This document shows, piece by piece, positions 1-17,582 of a stretch of 64,000 nucleotides of DNA (within the stretch, counting starts at the first letter, position 1; every line of letters begins with the position of its first letter). Below the pieces are notes generated by a model. It ran no database searches. It saw only the letters and a program-made list of their open reading frames with translations, and was not told where the DNA came from. The translations under genes and the position numbers were made by a program. The DNA is taken from positions 1-64,000 of the forward strand of contig CAXHJY010001670.1 of NCBI GenBank assembly GCA_964016885.1, written 5' to 3'. This DNA is from Eledone cirrhosa. Its lineage: Eukaryota.

Positions 1-279
1 GTAATAAAATGTATCATACCTAAACTGCTCCTAAATTCCTCGACTACGTAGTTTCGTGGCATAAACAAAAACAATATATCAAAGATATAGAGTCCTTGCG
101 AGGTCTGCCAACTTATCAAGAGGAGACGCGTTCTTGAGACTAATAAAATGAGGTATCCTCTTGATAAGTTGGCAGACCTCGCAAGGACTCTATATCTTTG
201 ATATATTGTTTTTGTTTATGCCACGAAACTACGTAGTCGAGGAATTTAGGAGCAGTTTAGGTATGATACATTTTATTAC
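1..279. mobile_element. Fold-back element with 124-bp perfect inverted repeats (Penelope-like derivative), runs off window start
   Basis: 1-124 is the exact reverse complement of 156-279, with a 31-nt spacer; a (TA)n tract follows at about 313. Confidence 0.8.
156..243 (+). ncRNA. Type-I hammerhead ribozyme, U3-A8 core variant, extended stem II
   Basis: TCCTC [TTGATAA] GTTGGCA..TGCCAC [GAAA] CTACGTAG [TC] GAGGA; stem I TCCTC/GAGGA; predicted cleavage after C238; mirror copy on the minus strand at 37-124. Confidence 0.7.
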
Positions 280-312
280 CAATTATATCTAAATGTTTCT
301 TCTCTCTTCATA

Positions 313-3964
<3,652 letters not shown>

Positions 3965-4166
3965 CGAAAGAGTTATGGTAAGGAACCAGATGGACCATAA
4001 CGCACCAGAGTACTCAATACTTAGGGTAGTCGAGCGGGTAATAGGAAAATGTATGTCCCGGACGGCAGAGCTCAAGCCGTTTCGACGGCTATTTCTGGAC
4101 TGAATTTAGTCCAGAAATAGCCGTCGAAACGGCTTGAGCTCTGCCGTCGGGGACATACGTTTTCCT
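3965..4166 (-). mobile_element. Family-A fold-back element in (TA)n (3' half of a hammerhead-like motif)
   Basis: Palindrome GACGGCAGAGCTCAAGCCGTTTCGACGGCTATTTCTGGACT..AGTCCAGAAATAGCCGTCGAAACGGC; near-identical copies elsewhere in the window. Confidence 0.8.
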
Positions 4167-4714
4167 ATATATATAGATATATATCTTTTCAGTGAAAACA
4201 TGATAAAATATAATTGAAATTTTCAGTCTGACTATAATAACATTGAAAAATGCTTGTAACGAAATAAGGTCTAGGCTAAAGTCACCAACGGTCAGATGGC
4301 GCCGAATGGTCAGATGGCGCCCAAATGTCAGATAGTGAGAGACATTTTAAACTCTTCTTCTTCTTCTTCTTCTTCTTCTTCTCTGTTTTTATTTACTCTC
4401 TCTTTATTCCCCACCCCCACCCCCTCACCCCCATTATCACCACCACCACACCACACCACCCTCATCACCACCACCACACCATCCATTTCTATTTTCTAAC
4501 TTCCTACACTTCCTCTTCCTGCCTCTCTCTCTCGCCCCTCTCTCTCCAGTTACGTTCTCTTCTTCTCTCCATAATTCCTTCTTATCTTTACACACACACA
4601 CACAGACATATTTTATCTCTGTATATATATGCATATATAAATATAAGTAAATAGATATATATGCATTCATATATATAGATACATATATATATATATATAA
4701 GTATAAGTATATAT

Positions 4715-4878
<164 letters not shown>

Positions 4879-4882
4879 ATAC

Positions 4883-4914
<32 letters not shown>

Positions 4915-4918
4915 ATAC

Positions 4919-4950
<32 letters not shown>

Positions 4951-4960
4951 ATACATATAT

Positions 4961-4996
<36 letters not shown>

Positions 4997-5006
4997 ATAC
5001 ATATAT

Positions 5007-5115
<109 letters not shown>

Positions 5116-5131
5116 CATATATATATATATA

Positions 5132-5212
<81 letters not shown>

Positions 5213-5254
5213 CGTAATTATATATATATATATATACGTATATATATATATATG

Positions 5255-5296
<42 letters not shown>

Positions 5297-5926
5297 TATA
5301 CGTATATATATACATATATATATATCCCCGGGATACACACACACATATATATAAATATATAATATAATATACTGTAATATTCTATATAACAATACATGTG
5401 CCTCTCTGTGTGTATAACCCCCCCCCCCCTCTCACCACCACCTCGGAGTTCAGAGAGAGAGAGAGAGAGGAAAAAAAAAAGCACATTTGCTCCTAACACG
5501 TCGTACATCACTGCTACACACTCCGACTTATCATTACACCTCTCCTTCCCTCCTCCGCCGCCGCCCTCCTCCTACATCAACATCATCATCATCATCATCC
5601 TTCTCCCCTTCCTCATGCTGTGCCACAACTCCCTCCCCTCTCCCCTTCCTCACTCATTCTCGCATCATCAACTACCTCTTCTTTTTCTTAGTCTTCTACT
5701 CCGCCTTTTCTTCCCTCTTCATTCCCACTCCTTCTTCTCCCTTCTTTCTCTCCCTTCTTCCTCTCCCTCATCCTTCTTGCTCTTTTCTCCTCATCTTCTT
5801 TTCGCCGTCTTCTCTCCTCTCTCCTCTCCTCTCTTCTCTTCTCTCTTCTCTTTTTATCGTCTTCTCTTATCTAAACAAACCAAGAAAGACAGAAAAAAAA
5901 GAAGAAAAACAACGAACATCGCACCT

Positions 5927-6000
<74 letters not shown>

Positions 6001-6002
<2 letters not shown>

Positions 6003-6153
6003 TCGGGACCCCGACGGCTGAGCTCCTGCCGTTTCAACAGCTAAATCTGAACCCTGTAGGGGTCCCGAATTTTTCTTATTACCCACTCTACTACCCCAGG
6101 TATTGAGTACTCTGGTGAGTAATGGTCCAACTGGTTTTTACCGCCTTTCTTTT
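6001..6153 (+). mobile_element. Diverged family-A fold-back element with internal deletion
   Basis: ATTCGGGACCCC..GGGGTCCCGAAT inverted arms; tail TTACCCACTCTACTACCCCAGGTATTGAGTACTCTGG matches family A. Confidence 0.7.
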
Positions 6154-6273
6154 GCTATATATGTATATATATTTATATATATATGTGTGTGTGTGTGTTT
6201 ATATGTGTGTGTGTGTGTGTGTGTTTATATGTATGTGTGTGTGTGTGTGTATATATATATGTGTGTGTGTATG

Positions 6274-6306
<33 letters not shown>

Positions 6307-6309
6307 ATG

Positions 6310-6344
<35 letters not shown>

Positions 6345-6347
6345 ATG

Positions 6348-6458
<111 letters not shown>

Positions 6459-6493
6459 ATATATATATATATACGTGTGTTTATATGTGTGCA

Positions 6494-6534
<41 letters not shown>

Positions 6535-6603
6535 TTATATATATATATGTGTGTGTTTATATATATATATGTGTGTGTGTGTGTGTATATATATATATGT
6601 ATA

Positions 6604-6650
<47 letters not shown>

Positions 6651-6873
6651 TTACGTATGTTTGTGTGTGTGTTTGTATGTATATATATATATACATGTGT
6701 GTGTGTGTATATATATATACATATATACATATATATATATGTAGAGGTTATATTTAATTTGTTGGGATTCAACAAACATGTATAGAAAACGTGAGAAAAC
6801 AATCACAAGGAAAATATATATATATATATACGTATATACATAGGTGTGTATACGTGTGTGTATATATATATAT

Positions 6874-7062
6874 AACGAAGGAAATGTGGTAAGGAACCAG
6901 GTGGACCATAACGCACCAAAGTACTCAATACTTAGGCTAGTAGAGTGGGTAATAGGAACGAGTAGGACCCCGACGGCTGAGCTCAAGCCGTTTCGACGGC
7001 TAATTCTGGACAAAATTAGCCGTCGAAACGGCTTGAGCTCAGCCGTCGGGGTCCTACTCGTT

Positions 7063-7064
<2 letters not shown>
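6874..7064 (-). mobile_element. Family-A fold-back element in (TA)n
   Basis: AACGAAGGAAATGTGGTAAGGAACCAGG.. tail plus palindromic head, flanked by (TA)n on both sides. Confidence 0.85.
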
Positions 7065-7110
<46 letters not shown>

Positions 7111-7111
<1 letters not shown>

Positions 7112-7317
7112 GTAGGTCCCGGGTTGAGTCGGGGATAACCACAGTAAGTAAGGTACTCAATACATGGCAGAGCAAAAAATTATTTATTGTATAGAAGGAG
7201 CTTCTACAGGACTAGTACTGTTTCATTCAGATGAAATCTTCAGGAAGCTCAAGTGCTTCCTGAAGATTTCATCTGAATGAAACAGTACTAGTCCTGTAGA
7301 AGCTCCTTCTATACAAT
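7111..7317 (-). mobile_element. Family-B fold-back element with two divergent hammerheads
   Basis: Inverted arms about 7185-7248 and 7255-7318; (TA)n flanks; related copies at 10416, 54185 and 62636. Confidence 0.8.
7198..7250 (-). ncRNA. Type-I hammerhead ribozyme (family B)
   Basis: Minus strand reads GAGCTTC [CTGAAGA] TTTCATCTGAAT [GAAA] CAG tactagtc CTG [TA] GAAGCTC; 7-bp stem I; mirror copy on + at 7255-7303. Confidence 0.75.
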
Positions 7318-7582
7318 ATATATATATATATATATACACACACACCTATATATATGTGTGTGTGTGTGTGTGTGTATATGTGTCTATATTTATATATAAA
7401 TATACGCACGTTACGTAAGGTGTGGCATTAGACGAGCATGGCTTTATCTTAACACAAGTCCAAGTGATGCGGCGTTGAAAGAAAAAGAACAAAAATAAGC
7501 CCAGCTAAATGGAGTTGTGGAAATATCTTAAATGTTATCTTAGCTGACGACTGGACGTCAAGTAGAGTTTCTTAGACTGGAC

Positions 7583-8140
7583 AGAGAGAGGGTGAATGGA
7601 GGGGGGGGGAGTGAGGGAGAAAGGGGGAAAGCGGGAGTGAGGGAGAGGAAGATAGAGAGAGACAGAGAGAAAGAGTGAGTGAGGAAGAGAGTGAGAAAGA
7701 GAGCAAGGGAGAGAGAGAGAGAGAGAGAGGAAGAGAGAAGGAGAGGGTGAGAGGAAGAGAGAAAGCGGGAGTGAGGGAGAGGAGGAGAGCGAGAGTGAGA
7801 AAGAGTGAGTGGGGAAAGGGAAAGTGAGAGATAGAGAGCGAGAGAGAGAGAGAGAGCGACAGAGTGAGAGAGAGAGTCAGTGATAGAGAGAGAGAGAGAG
7901 TGTCGGTGAGAGAGACAGAGAGAGAGAGAGTCAGTGATAGAGAGAGAGAGAGTGTCAGTGAGAGAGAGAAAGAAAGAGAGAAAGAGAGAGAGAGAGAGAG
8001 AGAGTGTCAGTGAGAGAGACAGTGAGAGAGAGAGAGAGAGTGTCAGTGAGAAAGAGTGAGTGAGTAGAGAGTCAGTGATACAGAGTGAGAGAGAGAGAGT
8101 CAGTGAGAGAGAGAAAGAGTGAGAGAGAGAGAGAGAGAAA
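7583..8140. repeat. (GA)n-rich low-complexity tract
   Basis: AG dinucleotide with GTCAGT interruptions. Confidence 0.9.
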
Positions 8141-8453
8141 GTGTGTGTTCGACAAATCTTCTAATCTTCGTGTAGAATGTTCAACACCAAGGCGTTTCGT
8201 GTTTTCGTCCAGCTACGGTAACGTACTTTATATATACACACTCATGTATACACATGTATGTATACACATGTATGTATGTATACACAATGTCTGTATGTAT
8301 GTAGATATATATATATATGTGCATAAACTTGCTATTGCTCACTATTTCTCTCTCACTTTCTGTGTTTATACAGTCACACTCAATTTTATACACATGTATA
8401 TATATATATATATACATGTGTATATACATGTATATATATATATATTTATATGC

Positions 8454-8485
<32 letters not shown>

Positions 8486-8574
8486 TGTACACGCACACAC
8501 ACACACATATATATACGCACATACACGCACACACACACACACATATACACATATATATATATAATATACACACG

Positions 8575-8605
<31 letters not shown>

Positions 8606-8778
8606 ATATATGAATATGAGCGTCCCCGATTGAACCCGGGACTCGCGCACACACACACACACATATATATAGTGTATATATAGTGTATATATATATATAT
8701 ATATACACTATATATATATATCGTGTAGGTAGTAAACGAAACTTCCTCGTTTTTTCTTTTTTCCATAATATATATGTA

Positions 8779-8831
<53 letters not shown>

Positions 8832-8862
8832 GCTGTTGTTGTTTCTCTCTACTTCTCTCTCC

Positions 8863-8914
<52 letters not shown>

Positions 8915-9251
8915 TATATATATACACATACATACACAATATAGTCGTAAACATGATGAATGATTGTAACCGGGTTATATTCGTAAACTAATCACCTATC
9001 TCTCTATTTATCTCTCTCTCTTTCTCTATCCCTCTCTCTCTCTGTCTATTATCCCCCCCCCCCCCACACACACATACAAACATATATATATATATATATA
9101 ATGGTTATATATGTATACAGATATGTATGTCTGTATACGTATATGAGTGTGTGTGAGTGTGTGTGTGTGTGTGTATGTGATTTTTATAGTTCCCTTCCGA
9201 AACAGGACTATTAAGAAGTAAATTTCCAGATTTAGAGAACGCAACATAGGT

Positions 9252-9343
<92 letters not shown>

Positions 9344-9346
<3 letters not shown>

Positions 9347-9757
9347 GAGGTTATATTTAATTTGTTGGGATTGAACAACCTTAAACATTTTTATAACTGA
9401 TATAAAGCACTCAACTGGTTAGTGGAGTAAATACACAATATACTAACAAATGGAAACTATATTTATAAAACCATATTTATTTTATTATACATATTTCAAG
9501 GGCCACCAAGGCAAATTAAGGTGCTCTTTCATCAGATAAAATACAATACACCCTCAATAAATGTAATATCTCCACTATCCAGGAAGCTCCAACCGTTAAG
9601 GTTGTCTTTTTTCAGGGTATGTCAATATTTATTTATAAAACAAATCTGTATTGTATTTTATCTGATGAAAGCGCACCATAATTTGACTTGGTGGCTCTTG
9701 AAATATGTATAATAAAATAAATATGGTTTTATAAATATAGTTTCTATTTGTTAGTAT

Positions 9758-9763
<6 letters not shown>
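9344..9763. mobile_element. Family-C fold-back element with a hammerhead in each arm
   Basis: Arms about 9434-9550 and 9647-9763; (TA)n flanks; tail also present at 6741-6777. Confidence 0.75.
9654..9719 (+). ncRNA. Type-I hammerhead ribozyme (family C)
   Basis: TATTTTAT [CTGATGA] AAGCGCACCA..TGGTGGCTCTT [GAAA] TATGTA [TA] ATAAAATA; 8-bp stem I; mirror copy on minus at 9478-9543. Confidence 0.75.
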
Positions 9764-9801
<38 letters not shown>

Positions 9802-10023
9802 TGGACGTAGATTATATAGCTAAACGATGATGATGATTCACACGCACACACATATACGTATATGCATGGATATGTGAGTATATATGTACGTATATATATA
9901 TATATACATACACATACGCACACACTCACTGACACACACACACACTCACATATATATATCGATACACACACACTCACATATATATCGATACACACACACT
10001 CTCACATATATATATATATCGAT

Positions 10024-10055
<32 letters not shown>

Positions 10056-10290
10056 CGATACACACACACACATATATATATATCGATACACACGCACATA
10101 CACATATATATGCATGGATATGTAAGTATATATGTACGTATATATATATACATACACATACGCACACACTCACATATATATATATATCGATACACACGCA
10201 CACACACATATATAAGCATGGATATGTAAGTATATATGTACGTATATATATAAACATACATACACATACGCACACACTCCCTGACACACT

Positions 10291-10326
<36 letters not shown>

Positions 10327-10399
10327 CAGGGTGTCCCAAAAATGTTACACACTTCAACATCATTCATTCTATATGTATACATTTTTGGGGGACACCTTG
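10327..10399. mobile_element. Tc1/mariner-type mini-MITE
   Basis: TA-CAGGGTGTCCCAAAAATG .. CATTTTTGGGGGACACCTTG imperfect terminal inverted repeats. Confidence 0.6.
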
Positions 10400-10415
10400 A
10401 ATATATATATATATA

Positions 10416-10683
10416 GTACGTTATTCCGGGTTGAATCGGAGGTAACCACAGTAAGTAAGGTACTCAATACATTGCAGAGTATAAAAGTTTTAATATAGAT
10501 GAGATTCTACAGGACTAGAACTGTTTCATTCTTTAGAAATCATCAGGAATCTCTGTGGTAAGGAACCAGGTGGACCATAACGCACCAAAGTACTCAATAC
10601 TTAGGGTAGTAGAGTGGGATTCCTGATGATTTCTAAAGAATGAAACAGTTCTAGTCCTGTAGAATCTCATCTATATTAAAACT
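10416..10683 (-). mobile_element. Chimeric family-B fold-back element with a family-A spacer
   Basis: Hammerheads at 10501-10553 (-) and 10616-10668 (+), GAGATTC CTGATGA..GAAA CAG..CTG TA GAATCTC; spacer 10554-10618 matches the family-A tail. Confidence 0.8.
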
Positions 10684-10789
10684 ATATATATATATCGACA
10701 GTCGATCGACTTTCGTCAAATCGGACCGAGGACACAATGTTTCCACTGGTCTTTCCAATTGCTAATACTATCTATCGGTCGCAACTCCA

Positions 10790-10905
10790 AGTAGAAGGAG
10801 CAACGTGAAATAAAGTGTCTTGCTCAAGGACAGAACGTATCACCCGGTCCGGGAATCGAACTCTCAACCTCACGATAGTGAATCCAGTTCTCTAACCATT
10901 TGGCC

Positions 10906-10906
<1 letters not shown>
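10790..10906 (-). mobile_element. tRNA-derived SINE fragment
   Basis: Minus strand has A box (TGGTTAGAG) and B box (GTTCGATTCC); body shared with 30935-31085 and 36280-36340. Confidence 0.7.
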
Positions 10907-10946
<40 letters not shown>

Positions 10947-11298
10947 ACAGACACACAGACACACACACACACATATGTATATATATAAAGAGCATGCTTT
11001 GTTCGACACACAATGCTACTACAATGTTCTATATTAGCTATGATACAGTTGAATAAATCCAGGCGTATATAGCGAAGTTCAATCCCCGGGGATGAGCTGT
11101 TCATTGTTTTTATCTCTTTTCTTTTATTTTTATTTAACTATATTGTAGTTAATATGCGTTGTGGCAGCTTTGCTGTCAAGCAAAAACATGATTTATTGCA
11201 TTTTAATCCTACTATATGTTCCTTAAGCCTCGTTGTTTACACATACACACACATGGACACAGACACACACACACTCACACACACACACACACACACAG

Positions 11299-11329
<31 letters not shown>

Positions 11330-11840
11330 GAGACACGTGCACACAGACACACACACACGCACACAGACAAACACACATATACACATACACAGACATACAC
11401 ACACATACACAGACACACACACACATGCACACAGACAAACACACACACACAGACACACACACACACAGACACACACACAAACAGACACAGACCCACACAT
11501 GCATATATACATAGACACACGCACACACATGTACACACACACATACACACACATACACACACATGCACGCACACACTGACACACATACACACAGAGACAG
11601 CTGAAAACACACACATACATTCACCAACACAGCTGCAAAGAAACGCATACACACATAAATAAACCTGCAAAGACGCACATACACATAAACATGGGTTGAC
11701 ACATGCACACACCTACAACACACACACACACACACACATACACCAACACACACACATTCATAAACACACCCATACATACATCTGCAAAAACACATACAAA
11801 CATAAATATTTATCTATCTATTCAACCCCTCTCTTGTATG

Positions 11841-11873
<33 letters not shown>

Positions 11874-11888
11874 ATGTGTATATATATA

Positions 11889-11941
<53 letters not shown>

Positions 11942-12088
11942 ATATATATATGTATGTATGTATATATATATATGTATGTATGTATATATATATATATATA
12001 TATGTATGTGTATATATATATATATATATGTATGTGTATGTATATATATATATATATATGTATGTGTATGTATATATATATATATATG

Positions 12089-12131
<43 letters not shown>

Positions 12132-12162
12132 ATATATATATATATATATATGTATGTGTATA

Positions 12163-12211
<49 letters not shown>

Positions 12212-12237
12212 ATATATATATATATATATATGTATGT

Positions 12238-12339
<102 letters not shown>

Positions 12340-12395
12340 GCATGCTACTGTACGTCTGTATACATATATGTATGTACGTATACATACATACTTAC

Positions 12396-12447
<52 letters not shown>

Positions 12448-12773
12448 ACATATATATATATATGTATGTATATATATATATATAACGGAAGAAAAGTACT
12501 CAATACTTAGGGTAGTAGAGTGGGTCCTACTCGTTCCTATATATATATATATGTATGTATGTATATATATATATATGTGTATATATATATATAAATTAAT
12601 AAAAACAATGAATAAAAACAAAGAAACAGTTCCTTATATTAAAAAAAATCTGTATATATTATATTATATTCACTTTGCCTTTCATCCTTACGGGGGCGAT
12701 AAAATAAAGTACCAGTAATACACTGGGGTAATTTTATACATATGTATATGCACATATATATGTATATATATAT

Positions 12774-12879
<106 letters not shown>

Positions 12880-13427
12880 GTATGTATATATATATATATA
12901 TATGTATGTATATATATATATATATATATGTATGTATATATATATATATATATATGTATGTATATATATATATATATATATGTATGTATATATATATATA
13001 TATATATGTATGTATATATATATATATATATATGTATGTATATATATATATATTTATATGTATGTATATATATATATATATATATGTTGTATATATATAT
13101 ATATTTATATGTATGTATATATATATTTATATGTATGTATATATATATATATTTATATGTATGTATATATATATATATTTATATGTATGTATATATATAT
13201 ATATTTATATGTATGTATATATATATATATTTATATGTATGTATATATATATATATTTATATGTATGTATATATATATATATTTGTATGTATGTATATAT
13301 ATATATATTTGTATGTATGTATGTATATATATATATATTTATATGTATGTATATATATATATATTTGTATGTATGTATATATATATATATTTGTATGTAT
13401 GTATGTATATATATATATATATATATT

Positions 13428-13458
<31 letters not shown>

Positions 13459-13467
13459 GTATGTATG

Positions 13468-13498
<31 letters not shown>

Positions 13499-14041
13499 GT
13501 ATGTATGTATATATATATATATATATTTATATGTATGTATATATATATATATATATACATATTATAGATTATGATACACCTTGTTTGCTTTTAAAATTTT
13601 ATTCACTACCTGTTTAGCTGTCAGCTGCCTAAGCCGGTTTTGGTCTTCTACATACATATATATTTATATTTATTTATACATGTATGTATATATATATGCG
13701 ACGTACACACGTGTGTATATATATATATATATAAACACATGAATACATATATATATACATGTATACATATATATATATATGTGTATATATATATAATATA
13801 AGTATATATATATATGTATATATATATGTATATATATATGTATAGATATATATGTATATATACATATGTATATATATATGTGTATATATATATGTATATA
13901 TATATATGTATATATATATATATGTATGTATATATATATATGTATGTATGTAAATATATATGTGTATATATATATACACACATATATATACAGATGTATA
14001 CACACATATATATACACATGTATACAGATATATATGTATAT

Positions 14042-14077
<36 letters not shown>

Positions 14078-14250
14078 ACACACACACATGTATACATATA
14101 TATGTATACACGCATGTATACATATATATGTATACACGCATGTATACATATATATGTATATATATATATATATCAAGAAACATTTGTAATATGTCCAATA
14201 AATTCCTTTCGTCGCAACATAAATATATACATGCGTACATATATATATAC

Positions 14251-14281
<31 letters not shown>

Positions 14282-14848
14282 CATGTGTATATATATATAC
14301 ACATATATACATATATACATATATACACACACATGTATATACATATATATATATATATTTATTTACATATATATATATACATCAACACAGCTTCTATCTC
14401 TGTCTCCCTCTTTATCTATCTTTTTCACACCTCCTAACTCCCCCTCCCCCTCTACCCCTCCCCCACCCCCTCTCCCCCTCTCCCCCCCATATTCCCCCTC
14501 TCTCTCTCTACACACACACACACATATATATATATATATCCATCTATATTACACCGATAACCCTCCTCAGGCGATACAGATATATGTTAGATATTTCCAT
14601 AAACACTTGCATTCTTCTTTCACTCTTTTTTATTTACACAACTTCTCTCTCTATCCCTCTCTCTCTCTCTATCCCCCTCTCTCTCTCTATCCCTCTCTCT
14701 CTCTCCCTCTCTCTCTCTATATATATATATACCTTTCTTTCTATCCCTCTCTCTGTCCCTTTCTTTGTCTCTCTTTCCCTCTGTCGCATCTTTCGCTAAC
14801 TCTTTCGCAACTATTTTCTTTTGTTCTCCATCCATCTATCTATCTATC

Positions 14849-15005
14849 TATGTGTTACCCATATGAAATGTCTACCCCCTATTGGGGAAAATCGATTAAT
14901 TTTTAAATTGCATTTGTGATAGTATTTTACGCGTTTTTATTGTATGTAAACTTCCCCCTTTGTATTTGTCCCCTTCTTTTGTGCCCCTGTGGCTAATAAA
15001 GAAAC
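14849..15005 (+). mobile_element. 3' UTR of a Tx1/L1-like LINE
   Basis: Near-identical to 48481-48634; ends CCCCTGTGGCTAATAAAGAAA. Confidence 0.7.
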
Positions 15006-15103
15006 ATATCTACCTGTATATCTCTACACCGCTTCTATCTCTGTTTCTCACCTCCTATTTCTCGCCCCCCCCCCCCCCCCCCCCCCTCTCTCTCTACACA
15101 CAC

Positions 15104-15139
<36 letters not shown>

Positions 15140-15163
15140 ATATATATATATAAAGATATATAT

Positions 15164-15194
<31 letters not shown>

Positions 15195-15245
15195 GTGTAT
15201 ATATATATATATATATATGTGTATATATATATATATATATATGTG

Positions 15246-15280
<35 letters not shown>

Positions 15281-15303
15281 GTATATATATATATATATAT
15301 GTG

Positions 15304-15338
<35 letters not shown>

Positions 15339-15685
15339 GTATATATATATATATATATGTGTATATATACTCAGCCGGATGGCTGGGACAGGTAAAAGAG
15401 TAATATATATATGTCTCTCTCTCTCTCTCTCCCTCTGCCAGTCTCTCTCTATATATCTCTATCTACCTGTCTGTCAGCCCCCCCCCCCCCCCCTCTTCCC
15501 CCCCTCCCCCCTCTCTCTCTGTCTCTCTATCTATCTATCTATCTATTTGTCTGCCAGTCCCTCTCTATATATCTCTATCTACCCCTCTCTATCTATCTAT
15601 CTACCCCCACCCCCACCATTCTACCAACCTACCTATCTACCCCAACCCCTCATTCTACCTACCCTATCTACCTATCTACCCCACC

Positions 15686-15826
15686 CAGGGCCGTCTTAAC
15701 AGCATTATAGGGCCCCGGGCAAAGCAGAGCACTGGGGCCCCTACCTACACAACCACTCACAGGAATAAAAATACAAATGGGCCCCTATCCTTGTGGGGCC
15801 CCCAGGGAACTGCCCAGCGTGCCCCC
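15686..15826 (+). mobile_element. hAT-type MITE fragment
   Basis: Starts CAGGGCCGTCTTAA, with repeated GGGCCCC subterminal motifs. Confidence 0.55.
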
Positions 15827-15914
15827 ATTCTACCTACCCCTACCTCTCCATTCTCTTGTTTCTATGATATCATTACATTTGGTAATTTCTAAAACAACCA
15901 ACTACAAACTTTAA

Positions 15915-16088
15915 TTCTCCTCCGCCTCCTCCTCCCTGTTTGTCCCTCCTCTGCCTCTCTCTCTTTGTCTCTCTCGCTTTCTCTCTCTCTTTGTCTCTCT
16001 CGCTTTCTCTCTCTCTCTTCCTCTATCACTCTCTCTCTCCCTTTTCCTCCTCTTTCACCCCCTCTCTCTTTCGCTTTCTCTCTCACTC

Positions 16089-16167
<79 letters not shown>

Positions 16168-16796
16168 ATGTCCCTCTGTCTCTCACTCCCCCTCTCTCTC
16201 TCTCTTTCTGCCCCTCTGTCTCTCACTCCCCCTCTCTCTCTCTCTTTCTGTCCCTCTGTCCCTCACTCCCCCTCTCTCTCAGCTCCCTCTCTCGCTTTCT
16301 CTCTGTCACTTTCTCTTTCTCTCCCCTCTCTCTCTATATATATATTTATATCTTTCTTTATTCCTCAGCTACATAACTACACGAAGTCCTCCCCCTCTCG
16401 CTTTCTCTCTCTCTCTCCCTTGCTTTCTCTCTCTCTCTCTCCCTCGCTTTCTCTTTCTCCTTCTCCCTCACTTTCTCTCTCCCCTTCTCCCTCGCTTTCT
16501 CTCTCCCCTTCTGTCCCACTCTCCTCTCTCTCTCTCTATATGCTTCTCTCTATTCCTCAGATACATAACTACACGAAGACACCCCTTCCCTCTCTCTCTC
16601 CCTCTGTCACTCTCTATCTCTCTCTCTCTCTCTCTCGCAGTCTCTCTCCACCCCCACTCTCCACCCCCACTCTCTCTCTTCCTCTCTCCACCCCCACTCT
16701 CTCTCTTCCTCTCTCCACCCCACTCTCTCTCTCCCTCTCTCTCTCCACTCCAGTCTCTTTCTCTATCGCTCCACCCCCTCTCTCTTTCTCTCTCCC

Positions 16797-16830
<34 letters not shown>

Positions 16831-17165
16831 CCTCTCTCGCTCCACCCCTCTCTCGCTCCACCCCTCTCTCTCTCTCCCTCTCTCGCTCCACCCCTCTCTC
16901 TCTCCCCCCTCTCTCTCTCCTTCTCTCTTTATATATTATATATGCTTCTCTCTATTCTTCAGATACATAACTACACGAAGACCCCCCTCTCTCTTTGTCT
17001 CGCTCCACCCCCCTCTCTCTCCACCCCCTCTCTCTCCACCCCCTCTCTCTCTTTCTCTCTCTCCTCCCCCACCCCCTCCCTCTCCTTCTCCCCCCTCTCC
17101 ACCCCTCTCTCTCCACCTCCTCTCTCTATCTATCTCCACCCCCTCTCTCTCTTTCTCTCTCTATA
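15915..17165. repeat. (CT)n polypyrimidine tract upstream of exon
   Basis: About 1.2 kb of CT-rich sequence containing duplicated acceptor-like units. Confidence 0.9.
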
Positions 17166-17438
17166 TATATATATGCTTCTCTCTATTCTTCAGGTGTCTA
17201 ACACAGGAAGACCATTTTGAACAATGCCTAAGCAAGAGGATTGGTGTTGTTTTACGGGAGTCGTCTTCTGCAGTCGTTGAAGAAACCGAATCGTTATTGC
17301 GAAAGAACTCTCTTGAACTATGTCCCAACAGAAAGATTCTTCGTCGTTCCAGGGACCCCCGTGTGCAGATTCTCGGGACAGTTAGCACCTCCGTTGATGA
17401 TTCCTTCCGATTGGTCTTATGTTGTTGCAACATCGAAA

Positions 17439-17582
17439 ATGATGGACATAGAGGCGGCGTTCCAGCCTAAAAAACAACAGCAAAAACAACAACAACAGCA
17501 ACAGCAACAACATGGACCACCACAACAACAACAGCAAAGTGTCACAAACCATAATAATATGACTACAAAAAGATTTCGGTAG
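17439..17582 (+). other. Q-rich upstream ORF in frame with the RGK exon ORF, ended by a single TAG
   Basis: AAAATGATGGAC start, MMDIEAAFQPKKQQQ..TTKRFR*; same frame as ORF 17589-19253. Confidence 0.55.

Noticed and set aside
7543-7582. CTGACGA as a hammerhead core
   Set aside because: No downstream GAAA or closing stem I found.
15940-17470. 426 and 501 aa Ser/Leu-rich ORFs
   Set aside because: Derived from the (CT)n tract; no domain signal.
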